DNA of 64,000 nt from an uncultured Frigoriglobus sp. (GTDB taxonomy: Bacteria > Planctomycetota > Planctomycetia > Gemmatales > Gemmataceae), in assembly GCA_964422915.1 (NCBI GenBank), contig CAYRDG010000001.1, positions 101,402-165,401 of the forward strand, given 5' to 3'. Shown here in pieces: positions 48,532 to 58,386 of this stretch. The translations under genes and the position numbers were made by a program. Each line of letters opens with the position of its first letter. Position 1 is the stretch's first letter. The notes beneath the pieces are model-generated. The model saw only the letters and a list, made by a program, of their open reading frames with translations, ran no database searches and had not been told where the DNA came from.

Positions 48532-49457
48532 GGTGGTTCCGCAGGAAGGAAAGGGCGTCCGTGTGAATCGTAGTAGGTCGTGTGGCGGCGGCGAGTCGGG
48601 CTTGTGATGCAGGCTCACCACAGGCTCTGTTGCGACCGGCGAATCGGATGCCAGCGATCGGGCGAAAACGCCTACCTGGACGGGGTGCGCCAGCAAGTCC
48701 ACATTCGCGGGAGAACGAGGATGCGATGGAGATTGCGATCAGGGCGCGAACATGAGTTAGTGGGTCGGCGAGTGACGGTGAGCCAACCGAAACGGATCGG
48801 GTGACTCAGGTTGTCGCGGTCGAGGGTACGATGACTCTCCCACCTCCCACTCCGCAGCCGGAATTGCACTGACCGAAGGGACGGGTCACGGGTGGTTCGC
48901 ACGGTCCAGATTGCCGACACTTCATGGAATCGCCAGGAGGCGGAAGGGCCGTGCTGCGCGATTAGACACTTGCATTTCCAAAATGAGCCGTTATCAATCA
49001 ATGGAACCGGCACAATCCCTGCGTCGGTCAGGACTCCTTCCAGTGGGGTAGTTCGGGCCAATCGGTTCCGAAACCTTCCGCTTGCGTTGGGGTTCACTTG
49101 CTTGCCCCGCCATGGCGATAACGGTGGGAAATCGCTCAGCACAGAGGTGAGGAACGCACCGGCGCTTTGGACTCATACTTGCCTTCGATCCAGTCGCCTC
49201 CCCTTCTGTCGCACTGCCAGTGAACAACGTGTCCTGGCAACGTCCCTCGTTGACCGCCGCCACAACTTGACCGAAACGTGCGTTCGGGGCGCACGGACCG
49301 ACTGGTCGGGATTCACTCCCGCTGCTCACCACAGCGCGACAGTGTCTCTCGCAACGGTCGCGGCGTGTTTTTGTCCTACGAAACGCACAGACCAGTTGTA
49401 CGCGCGGATTCATTCCGCCCTGCTGCACTCATACATCCACCGCGAGAGGCATCTCCG

Positions 49458-52400
49458 ATGAACTGGTTCAAATTCTTCCGCCTTGCATCCTCCTCGAAGC
49501 ACAAGATGCGGGGAGTCTGGCGGCCGAATCGGTCACAACTCGTGCTGGAAGGACTGGAGGACCGATCGGTTCCTGCTACCTGCATCTGGACAGGCGCTGA
49601 TGTCCCTGACCAGGACAACAACGCCGACGGCGATACCGTTGATCCGGGCGAGAGTGGCAACCTTCGATGGTCAGATCCGCTGAACTGGGCGGGTGGACTG
49701 ATTCCCGGTTTCGGTGGTAGTACGACGGACGATGTGATCTTCCCAGACACGGTTCCAACGTTCAGCAAGAACTATGGCGGCGTGGATGGTCCCAACTCGT
49801 TGATGGATCTCAACGTCACCATAAACAGCCTTACTATTGCGCATTCTGGCTACCGGATTGTCGATTCTGCCCCGCAAGAGCCGGTGCTGGGTCCTGTGCC
49901 TACCATCCCTTCGCAACTTAGAACGCTCACGGTCACCGGTTCGATCACATACACGGGATCGCCTGATACCACAGGCTTCCCGCAGGGAAGTCGGGGTTAT
50001 AACGGTATCAGCGAGGCGACGTTTCGGACGCAGTTGGCCCGTGGTGCCAATAGCGAGCAACCGTTCGTGACGCTTCAGCCCACAGGAACGCTGATCTTCG
50101 GTGGGCATATCAGTACCGCGCCGACGCTTACATCCATCGGGATTGGCAAAGAAGGGCCAGGTACACTTTCGCTGGGTGGTACGAATGACTTCGATGGTGT
50201 AGTTGAAGTTAAAGCTGGCACGCTCGTTGTCACCTCCAACCAGGCTCTTGGGAGCACGAACGTAGGCACCTTTGTTGCCAATGGCGCCACACTGACTGTG
50301 AATACGGCGAACCTATCAGAGTCGATCCAGATCATGGGAACCGGTGTAGGTGGTGCGGCCCTCAACGGTGTCGGTGGAATCTCCGGTGGTATCGCGCTGA
50401 CCCCCTCGGCGACGATCGGGGGTGCACTGACGATCACAGGCGTGGTTTCCGGCTCAGGAGACTTGACAAGCACCGGTTTTCTGACACTGGCGAACGCTAA
50501 TACCTACCTTGGGCAGACGCTGGTCACGTCCGGCACACTGACGATCACCCACAACGATGCCCTCTCTCCTGGCAATCTGACGCGAGTCAGTGCCGGCGCG
50601 ACACTGGAATTGTTGGGTCATCGGGTCGTGGATGATGAAGACCTCTACCTCAACGGCGGTACACTCCTTGCCAGTACCGCACGCGACGGAAGCGTGTCGG
50701 ACTGGCAAAGCCCGATTTACCTTTCCGCCCCTTCCAGCATCAGTGCCGACGAGACTGCGGCTCTCATCCTCAGTGGGCCGCTCGCCAATACCTCCAATAG
50801 CTTCACGGCCAGCTTGACGAAAATCGGCAAGGGACAGGCGTTATTCCCGAACGCCAACCCGGACTTCCACGGCGACATGATCATCAGCAACGGCATCCTC
50901 ATCATGCCACGTGCCGACGTACTCGGCCCGGCAACCTCCGCCGGTCAAGTGGGCGACCCACTCACAGGTGGGTCGATCATCGTCAACTACGACCTCGCCA
51001 CCGCGACCGGCGGAACGCTGCTCGTCACCGGTCAGTTCACGAGCCAGAAAGCCGTGACCATTCGTGGCATGGGCTACAGTGGCTTTAACCCCGCGACGCT
51101 GGTGCTGCCACTTCCTGCGACACCCACTCCCACAGGGAAACTGACCGGTGCAGGGGCGCTACGACTCTTCCAACCCGCGACAGGGCCGGCCACCACGATC
51201 AAGTGGAATGCCCCCATCACTGTTGGTACCACGGCCGACCCGTCTGGCAGTACTGGTGTGATCTTCGGCGACGCAGGTACATCTCTGACGGTCAATGGAA
51301 TCATTGGCGGTGCCGCGGGCCAGAATCTTCAGAAGGCTGGGGCCGGTTCACTGAAGATTACCAATGCCAACACGTTCCTCGGAACTCTGACACTCCTGGA
51401 CGGAACAACCACCATCACGAATAGCGAGGCTCTGGGCGGAGTCGGTGGCGACGGTACGGTTGTGTCGTCGGGCGCGACGCTGGCCATGTCGGATGGCTTG
51501 ACTGTCGAGGACGAAACGCTGACACTTTCCAGCAAGTTCGGCGTCCCGGCGACACTCCAGGTCGGGAAGGGTGCGAGCCTCTGGACGGGGCTGGTCAACC
51601 TTGTGGGCAACGGCTTCACAGGCATTACTGGCGAAGCCGATATCCTGGTGACGGATCCCGCAGCAACGTTGACATTCACCAACGTCGTGAGTGGCGATGC
51701 CAGACTTCGTAAACTTGGCGACGGCGAATTCCGGCTCTATGGCACGCAGGCGAACACCTTCATCGGCACCCTCCAACTTGATGCTGGGCGTGTCGCACTG
51801 GGTAAACCCAACGGCGTCAATGCGCTGGCGGGAGACCTCGTGATCGGTGACGGTGTAGGGGGCAATAGTGTTGATCGGCTCCGATTCGACGCATCCAACC
51901 AGATTCCCGACAACTCAAAGATCCGGGTGAACTCGTCGGGGTTCTTCAACCTCAATGGCAAAACCGAGACTGTCGGTCCCCTGGCTCTCCAGGGAGGTGA
52001 AGTTCAGACCTTTGCCGGTTCACTCATTCTCAGCACGGATGTGACAACGCTGGGCGGTCCTGATGCATCCGTCATAACGGGCAACCTCTTCCTCGGTTCT
52101 ACTACACGAACCTTTAACTTCCTCCCTGGCCCGGCTTCTTCGTTTGCCTCCAGCGCCAATCCTGCGGAATCGGGCAAGGTCGTGAGGTTCACCTTTGATG
52201 TGGCGTATAACCCTGGTGATCCGATTCCGACCGGAACCGTGGAGTTCTACGACGGCATCACGCGCATTGGCACGACAACACTCGGTACCGCGCCGCCTCC
52301 TGGCCCGAACACCGTTCGGGCCGCGTTCCAGACCACATCGCTCTCTGTTGGTACTCACATTATCAGTGCCAAGTACCTGGGCGATAGTAACTACTCGTCG

Positions 52401-55400
52401 CTTTCTGTGGAGCTGGCGCAGCCGCAACTGATTGTTAACCCGCCTGCATCACTGTCGCTCACTTCCAGCGCCATTCCGTCGCTACCTGGCCAGGACGTGA
52501 CGTTCACGTTCCAGGCCGCTGGCTCGGCCATTGACCCGATCCCGACCGGCTCGGTGGATTTCTTCGACGGAGCGGTGAAGCTCAACGCCACTCCCATCGC
52601 TCTCGCTGGCGGGGTTGCGACGATCACCACGAACACTTTGACCGTCGGGATGCACACGATTGTGGCTGTCTACACTGGTGACTCGTCCTACTCCGCCAGT
52701 TCGGTGACGCTCGCCAACCAGCAGGTCGGCTCACCTGCGATCATTCAGGTTTCGTCCAGTGCCGACCCGGTTCCCGCCGGTTCCAATGTAATCTTCACCT
52801 TTAATGCGAGTGGCGAACTCGGCACTCCCCAGGGAACCGTAACCTTCTACGTGGATTCGATCCTACCCGCCAACCAGATTGGCACCCCCCAAACACTCAC
52901 CGGCGGCATCGCATCGGTCTCCACGAGCACACTTGCGGCTGGCACGCACGATATCATTGCCGTCTACAGCGGCGACACCAATTACCTCCCGGGTCAGACG
53001 AACCTCGTTCCCCAACAGATGGTTGGCACACATGTAGTGCTCCAGATTACTTCCTCGAAGAACCAGTCCGTTGACAAGGAGAGCGTGACATTCACTGTTA
53101 CCGCGACTGGAAGCAATGGCCCTGTTACCGGCAGTGTCCAGTTCTTTGACAACGGCACGCCACTCGGCATCCTCACGGCGCTGGCGGGTGGCACTGCCAC
53201 GACAACTTCCACCACGCTTGCAGTGGGGAACCACACCATCACTGCGTCCTACATGGGTAGTGCCACTTACCTGCCCGACACAGTAATGCTTCTCCCGGGC
53301 CAGTCGGTGATCGCAACGCCAAACCCGTCGAGTGGAACGATCTTCGCGGCTGTCTCGTCCGACAATAACTCGTCTGAGTCAGGCCAGAATGTGACGTTCA
53401 CTTACACGGCGTATCCAGCCAGCGGTGGCGCGGCGGCGACTGGGAACGTGCAGTTCTCATACTCCACCACTGGCCCAGGCGGTACCTTCCTGCCCATTGG
53501 TGGTGTCCAGGCACTCGTGCCAGGTGGCGGAGCGATCTCAACGGCCCAAGCGAGTTCTGCATCGCTTCCCGTGGGAAATATCACGATCAAGGCGACGTAC
53601 TCCAACGGGAACTACGGTAGTGGTGATACCTTCCTGGCGCCGGTCCAGATCGTCAACAATCCTCTGGTAGCTGAGCTGACGTCGAACCAGAACCCGGTTC
53701 CTCCTGGCAGTTCGCTGACGTTTACCTTCAACGCCGTCTTCCCCGCTGGCGGTCCAAGCCCTGCTACCGGCGCGAATGTGCGGTTCTTTGATGGGGCAAT
53801 TCAGATCGGGTCCCAGCAGTCGCTCACTGTTAGTGGTAACACGGCGACAGCCTCGGTCACGACCAACGCACTCACGGTCGGCACGCATACGATCACGGCC
53901 GTCTACTCCGGGAATAACAGCTACGCAGCCAAGACGGTGACGCTCACGCCATCCCAGATTGTCGGGGCGCCACCGGCGATGATGCTTTCCTCGGACAACA
54001 ACCCAGTGATCCCTGGTGGTCTGCTAACCTTCACCTTCACGGCCACGCCGCCTGCCACGGGCGCCGTGCCGAGTGGAACCGTGACCTTCTTTGATAACGG
54101 TGTCGCGCTCAGCACGCAGACTCTGACACTGGGTAGCGCCTCGTACATCACCAACAGCCTGACCCCGGGCAGCCACGTCATCACGGCGACCTACTCAGGT
54201 GACCTCGACTACGTGGGTGGGACGGTCTCTCTACTGCCGAATCAGATAGTCAACGACCCCCCGGCAGTTCAACTGACCGCGGACGTGAACCCGGCTCTCG
54301 TGGGCCAAACAGTCACGTTCACGACACAGATTTCACGGAAGAACCTGACCGACCCAGCGCCGACGGGAACCGTGACCTTCTACAACGGCTCCGTCTCCCT
54401 CGCTAACCAGATCGGCGTTCCTCAGACGGTTTCTCTTGGCATCGCTCAGGTGTCGACCAACACGCTCCCACTCGGTACGGACACGATCATCGCGGTGTAT
54501 AGCGGCGACACGAACTATGCAGCCCAAACGCTTTACTACACACAGACGATCACTCTCACGCCGGTCCCGGTATCGCCGCCTCCAACGGTCGTGGCCAAGT
54601 CTGATCCGCTCCTGGTGGTTAACTCGCCCATCGCTGGTGGGCTGGGTGCCGGTATCATCAAGACCGGCGTCGGCTCGATGACGCTCAACGCCGCGAACAC
54701 CTACACCGGCCCAACCACGATCAACGGAGATGGTGGCTCGCTCGTCCTGGGTGTGAACAACGCCCTGCCAGATACCGCGCTGACTATCAAGGCAGGTACG
54801 CTGGATGTAAATGGGAAGCAGGATGCCGTCGCGTCGCTCACGGGCACGCTTCCAGGGATCATCAATCTCAACGGAGGCAACTTCACTACGGGACTGGATA
54901 ACTCGTCCACAACCTATGGTGGAGCAATCACTGGTACGGGTTACTTCAGAAAGGTGGGAACAGGGACCCTCACGCTGGCTGGCTCAAGTCCAACGTACAC
55001 AGGCACGACAGTCGCATTTTCCGGCACACTGTTGGTACTGGCCAATCAGGGCAACGCGGCGGTGATCGTCCGCAATGGGGCGACGCTGGGTGGAACAGGC
55101 CCGGTCGGCGATGTGAGTGTTGATGCTGGCGGGCGTCTCTCGCCTGGCTCCAGCCCTGCGATCCTCACCACGGGGGCCGTCACCCTTGTCCCAGGCTCAC
55201 AGTTCATCGTCGAAGCCAACGGTCCCAATCCGGGGACTGGCTACGACCAACTCAACGCCACGGGTAACGTCAACCTCAACGGCGCGACGCTGGACTTCCG
55301 CCCCGCCCCGGCGCTTGCCATCAACGATACGTTCGTGATCGTGAAGACGACAGCAACTGTGACTGGAACCTTCGCAGGTCTGACCAACGGGCAGACCTTC

Positions 55401-57002
55401 ATCATGAACAACCATGTTTACCAGATTGTGTACACGGCTCAGGATGTGACCATCACACTTGTTGGGCTGCAGTCGAGCATGGCACTGACCTCGGACCTGA
55501 ACCCGGCACAGCCCACGCAGACAATCACGTTCAGTGCCACGGTGACGCCGACCGTACCAGGCCCGGTGCCCGCAGGTACGGTTTCCTTCTACGACGGTGC
55601 GACTCTGCTTGGGAGCGGCACCCTCAACGGTTCAGGGGTTGCGACTTACGCAACGACACTGGCCACCGGCACACACACGATCACCGCGAAGTTCCAGTCC
55701 GTGACGTCGCCGACAGCACAGTATGTGGCACCGGATGCGACTCTTGTTCAGTCGGTGACCGTGCTTTCGACGACGACCATCGTGGCGGCGCAAGGCCCGG
55801 TCTATGCGGGCGCACCGGCCACGTTCGTCGCGAGTGTGGCACAGGTTTCGGGTCAGCCGATCCCGACCGGAACGATCACATTCGTCGATCTCACGACGAA
55901 TACGGTACTGGGTGCTGCTGCGCTGGATGCCGCAGGGAACGCATCGTTCACCACAACCGCGCTGCGGCCCGATGTGAGCACCGTGCAGGCGGTCTACTCC
56001 GGGAATACCTTCTATCGGGCCAGTTCTGGCACTGTGGATCAGGTCATCAAGACCAATGAACGGATCGTGACTGGCACTGACACCGGCACAGTGGCCACCG
56101 TGCTGGTGTACAACGCACTGACTCGCGGTCTGATTCGTGAAATCCATCCGTTCGACGCCTACACGCTGGGGGTGAAGGTTGCCACGGGCGATGTGAACCA
56201 CGACGGTTTCGCCGACATCATCGTGTCAGCTGGCGCAGGCGCTCCGGGCGGGCACGTCAAGATCTTCGACGGGAAGACGTTTGGCGAGATTGCGAGTTTC
56301 TTCACCTTCCCAGGCTACAACGGTGGGGTGAACATCGCCTCTGGCGACGTGGATGGTGATGGCTACGCTGACGTGATCATCGGTACGGCCCAGGCCAACG
56401 ATCACGTGAAGGTGTTCTCGGGCCACGGGTTGACCACTGGTGCAGGGCCAACCGCCAGTACGCTGATGAGTTTCTTCGCCTATGGTGCTGGCAACACGGT
56501 TGGTGTCACGGTTGCCGCCGGCGATGTGAACGGCGATGGCCGTGCCGATGTGATCACTGGTTCGGCTACATTCGCCGGCCACGTCAAGGCATTCCAGGCG
56601 ATGACGGGGCAACTCATCGGCAGTTACTTCGCTTACGGCGCCGGTTACCTGGGTGGAATCAACGTGGCGGCCGGCGATGTGAATGGCGATGGTCGTGCCG
56701 AGATCATCACCGGCGCGACCAACGCTCCGCACGTCAAGGTGCTGAACCTTGCCGGGCAGGAACTGGCCAGTTTCTTTGCCTACCCTGGCAGCCCGTTCGG
56801 GGCACGAGTCGCATCCACGGACCGCGACGGTGACGGCAAGGCCGACATCATCACTGGTGCTGGCGGCTCGGCACCGCATGTGAAGATCTTCAACGGGCAG
56901 ACGCTGCAACTGCTTGACAGCTTCTATGCGGTTGCGCCGGGCCAACCGGTGCCGGGAACGGGTGTGTTCGTCGGGGCCAGCGACTCTGACTCCGTGATCT
57001 GA
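49458..57002 (+). CDS. Giant (2514 aa) surface/adhesin-like protein: PATR beta-strand repeats, 10 Ig-like repeats, C-terminal FG-GAP/VCBS repeats
   Basis: Uninterrupted 7.5-kb ORF. The N-terminus is MNWFKFFRLASSSKHKMRGVWRPNRSQLVLEGLEDRSVPA. It has G.G.L.L.G.N.Y.G.T....GTL units, repeated P.GTV.F.DG...LG...L..G.A......L..G.H.I.A.Y.GD..Y modules, and GDVNGDG.ADII.G units. Confidence 0.9.
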   Translation: MNWFKFFRLASSSKHKMRGVWRPNRSQLVLEGLEDRSVPATCIWTGADVPDQDNNADGDTVDPGESGNLRWSDPLNWAGGLIPGFGGSTTDDVIFPDTVPTFSKNYGGVDGPNSLMDLNVTINSLTIAHSGYRIVDSAPQEPVLGPVPTIPSQLRTLTVTGSITYTGSPDTTGFPQGSRGYNGISEATFRTQLARGANSEQPFVTLQPTGTLIFGGHISTAPTLTSIGIGKEGPGTLSLGGTNDFDGVVEVKAGTLVVTSNQALGSTNVGTFVANGATLTVNTANLSESIQIMGTGVGGAALNGVGGISGGIALTPSATIGGALTITGVVSGSGDLTSTGFLTLANANTYLGQTLVTSGTLTITHNDALSPGNLTRVSAGATLELLGHRVVDDEDLYLNGGTLLASTARDGSVSDWQSPIYLSAPSSISADETAALILSGPLANTSNSFTASLTKIGKGQALFPNANPDFHGDMIISNGILIMPRADVLGPATSAGQVGDPLTGGSIIVNYDLATATGGTLLVTGQFTSQKAVTIRGMGYSGFNPATLVLPLPATPTPTGKLTGAGALRLFQPATGPATTIKWNAPITVGTTADPSGSTGVIFGDAGTSLTVNGIIGGAAGQNLQKAGAGSLKITNANTFLGTLTLLDGTTTITNSEALGGVGGDGTVVSSGATLAMSDGLTVEDETLTLSSKFGVPATLQVGKGASLWTGLVNLVGNGFTGITGEADILVTDPAATLTFTNVVSGDARLRKLGDGEFRLYGTQANTFIGTLQLDAGRVALGKPNGVNALAGDLVIGDGVGGNSVDRLRFDASNQIPDNSKIRVNSSGFFNLNGKTETVGPLALQGGEVQTFAGSLILSTDVTTLGGPDASVITGNLFLGSTTRTFNFLPGPASSFASSANPAESGKVVRFTFDVAYNPGDPIPTGTVEFYDGITRIGTTTLGTAPPPGPNTVRAAFQTTSLSVGTHIISAKYLGDSNYSSLSVELAQPQLIVNPPASLSLTSSAIPSLPGQDVTFTFQAAGSAIDPIPTGSVDFFDGAVKLNATPIALAGGVATITTNTLTVGMHTIVAVYTGDSSYSASSVTLANQQVGSPAIIQVSSSADPVPAGSNVIFTFNASGELGTPQGTVTFYVDSILPANQIGTPQTLTGGIASVSTSTLAAGTHDIIAVYSGDTNYLPGQTNLVPQQMVGTHVVLQITSSKNQSVDKESVTFTVTATGSNGPVTGSVQFFDNGTPLGILTALAGGTATTTSTTLAVGNHTITASYMGSATYLPDTVMLLPGQSVIATPNPSSGTIFAAVSSDNNSSESGQNVTFTYTAYPASGGAAATGNVQFSYSTTGPGGTFLPIGGVQALVPGGGAISTAQASSASLPVGNITIKATYSNGNYGSGDTFLAPVQIVNNPLVAELTSNQNPVPPGSSLTFTFNAVFPAGGPSPATGANVRFFDGAIQIGSQQSLTVSGNTATASVTTNALTVGTHTITAVYSGNNSYAAKTVTLTPSQIVGAPPAMMLSSDNNPVIPGGLLTFTFTATPPATGAVPSGTVTFFDNGVALSTQTLTLGSASYITNSLTPGSHVITATYSGDLDYVGGTVSLLPNQIVNDPPAVQLTADVNPALVGQTVTFTTQISRKNLTDPAPTGTVTFYNGSVSLANQIGVPQTVSLGIAQVSTNTLPLGTDTIIAVYSGDTNYAAQTLYYTQTITLTPVPVSPPPTVVAKSDPLLVVNSPIAGGLGAGIIKTGVGSMTLNAANTYTGPTTINGDGGSLVLGVNNALPDTALTIKAGTLDVNGKQDAVASLTGTLPGIINLNGGNFTTGLDNSSTTYGGAITGTGYFRKVGTGTLTLAGSSPTYTGTTVAFSGTLLVLANQGNAAVIVRNGATLGGTGPVGDVSVDAGGRLSPGSSPAILTTGAVTLVPGSQFIVEANGPNPGTGYDQLNATGNVNLNGATLDFRPAPALAINDTFVIVKTTATVTGTFAGLTNGQTFIMNNHVYQIVYTAQDVTITLVGLQSSMALTSDLNPAQPTQTITFSATVTPTVPGPVPAGTVSFYDGATLLGSGTLNGSGVATYATTLATGTHTITAKFQSVTSPTAQYVAPDATLVQSVTVLSTTTIVAAQGPVYAGAPATFVASVAQVSGQPIPTGTITFVDLTTNTVLGAAALDAAGNASFTTTALRPDVSTVQAVYSGNTFYRASSGTVDQVIKTNERIVTGTDTGTVATVLVYNALTRGLIREIHPFDAYTLGVKVATGDVNHDGFADIIVSAGAGAPGGHVKIFDGKTFGEIASFFTFPGYNGGVNIASGDVDGDGYADVIIGTAQANDHVKVFSGHGLTTGAGPTASTLMSFFAYGAGNTVGVTVAAGDVNGDGRADVITGSATFAGHVKAFQAMTGQLIGSYFAYGAGYLGGINVAAGDVNGDGRAEIITGATNAPHVKVLNLAGQELASFFAYPGSPFGARVASTDRDGDGKADIITGAGGSAPHVKIFNGQTLQLLDSFYAVAPGQPVPGTGVFVGASDSDSVI
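52141..54560 (+). repeat. Eight tandem ~100-aa Ig-like (Big_3-type) coding repeats inside the giant ORF
   Basis: Each unit ends in a (I/V).A.Y.GD..Y-type motif: ISAKYLGDSNY, IVAVYTGDSSY, IIAVYSGDTNY, ITASYMGSATY, IKATYSNGNY, ITAVYSGNNSY, ITATYSGDLDY, IIAVYSGDTNY. Two more units lie at about 55487-56040. Confidence 0.75.
56170..56900 (+). repeat. Five FG-GAP/VCBS-type repeats at the C-terminus of the giant ORF
   Basis: GDVNHDGFADIIVSAG, GDVDGDGYADVIIG, GDVNGDGRADVITG, GDVNGDGRAEIITG and TDRDGDGKADIITG. Each is followed by HVK(I/V)F. Confidence 0.75.
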
Positions 57003-57009
57003 ACCGATT

Positions 57010-57043
57010 ATGGCTCAACTGGCGGCGATGCCAGTTGAGCCAT
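57010..57043. terminator. Hairpin between the convergent giant ORF and the molybdoenzyme gene
   Basis: ATGGCTCAACTGGC-GGCGAT-GCCAGTTGAGCCAT forms a 14-bp perfect stem. Confidence 0.6.
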
Positions 57044-57075
57044 GACTATCCTCGGTTGGTGTGGTCGGGCGATAC

Positions 57076-58326
57076 TCACCCGGCCACGGTAAACTTCACG
57101 CTTTCGATGTCGCACTGGCCGCCTTTCCTGAAGGGGCGCGGCATCGGTTGTGCCTGTCCTTTCGCATCAATGGTACGGCACCGCAGGATATATTCGCCCG
57201 CGGGTTGGCCGGGAAGCAATGCCGCCCAGTGCGCCTTCGCTAGACGCATTGGCCACTCCTTTGGCTTTCCTTCCGAATCGAAGCCGAACGCGCCCTTCAG
57301 TAGTTCACCATTCACATCGCCGCCCCACTGTTTGGGTGGCGGAAGGATCGTCGCATCTGTCCACGGTGCCGTGGTGAAGTATGGATCGTCTGACTTCACG
57401 CCTTTCCCAGCGGGGCTGATCCACACCTGTACTTTGGCCAACCCCGATATGCCGGCCTGTGCATAACCCGTCACTGCTAGTGGGGCGTTGGCCTTTGCGC
57501 CGTGAGGAATGTGCAGCGTTGCGGCGAAAGTCTTCATCGGGCTGTCGAGGTCGTTGTTGCCGTTGGCGTAGGTGTCGTTGGCGTGGGAGATATTGCTGAG
57601 AACAATGTGCGAAAGCCACTTCACGCACTTGAAGCCATAGTGTTCTGGCACAACGACACGCACAGGGCCGCCGCGTTCAGGCGTGAGCCACTGGCCGTTC
57701 AGTTTGTAGCAGGCGATGACAGGTGGGAGTCCGTCGTAATCTTCGAGAACGCGGCCCACAGGCAACGAACTGCGGAACATCTGCTTCGGGTCGTCGTTGT
57801 GGTAGCCGTAGTAGAAGATGCGGCGAAGATTCGCCGTTGGCTTCGCCAGCCACACAAGCCCGCGCAGCGGCACACCCTCCCAGACACCCATCCCCAGCGG
57901 GCAGCCGATGTTGAGACACGTCATCAACTTCGCGAAACGCACCGCGTGTTTCTTCCCCAGTTTCAGGAGTGTGTCGAAGTCGATGGCGGTATTGGCCGTC
58001 TTCGTGAACGACTTCCCGATGGTTGCGCGGTGTTCGGGGTCGGAGATGATCTCTAACTTCCACGACGTGCGCGTGAGGCCAACCTCCTTCCGCTTTGACT
58101 CGGAAAGCGTGTGTGGTACTGGTCGGCCGCGCGACACATCGCCGAACGCGATCGCCGGTGTGAAGTAACTTTCGAGTCGCTTGAGTACCGGATCGAGTTC
58201 CGGTGGCAATCTGGCTGGGGCGCTGGCCGCGAGTGACGAACCCGCTGCGAGTGTCGTCCCGGCGCGGAGGAAGAATCGCCGCGAGAGTTCGTTGTGCTCC
58301 GCGAGAAACGCTTTCGCCTCGCTCAT
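57076..58326 (-). CDS. Molybdopterin-dependent oxidoreductase (sulfite-oxidase / YedY-like fold) with Tat signal
   Basis: N-terminal SRRFFLRAGTTLAAGSSLAASAP is a twin-arginine signal. The central region resembles the oxidoreductase molybdopterin-binding domain. Family level only. Confidence 0.7.
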   Translation of the reverse strand: MSEAKAFLAEHNELSRRFFLRAGTTLAAGSSLAASAPARLPPELDPVLKRLESYFTPAIAFGDVSRGRPVPHTLSESKRKEVGLTRTSWKLEIISDPEHRATIGKSFTKTANTAIDFDTLLKLGKKHAVRFAKLMTCLNIGCPLGMGVWEGVPLRGLVWLAKPTANLRRIFYYGYHNDDPKQMFRSSLPVGRVLEDYDGLPPVIACYKLNGQWLTPERGGPVRVVVPEHYGFKCVKWLSHIVLSNISHANDTYANGNNDLDSPMKTFAATLHIPHGAKANAPLAVTGYAQAGISGLAKVQVWISPAGKGVKSDDPYFTTAPWTDATILPPPKQWGGDVNGELLKGAFGFDSEGKPKEWPMRLAKAHWAALLPGQPAGEYILRCRTIDAKGQAQPMPRPFRKGGQCDIESVKFTVAG

Positions 58327-58386
58327 GATCGGTTCCTTCGTACACCAACGGTTGAATCGCTTCGATCATAACCGGGAGTACGACTG

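Noticed and set aside
48900-49457. Possible c-di-GMP (GEMM-type) or other riboswitch in the leader of the adhesin-like gene
   Set aside because: I could not find the conserved GEMM-I/II core strings by eye. This needs a covariance-model scan, so I report it only as an unexplained leader.
48672-49461. 156-aa (minus) and 189-aa (plus) ORFs in the long region upstream of the giant gene
   Set aside because: They overlap each other, are R/S/P/W/C-rich and lack SD-like sequences or motifs. I treated the region as non-coding; see the finding on the leader.
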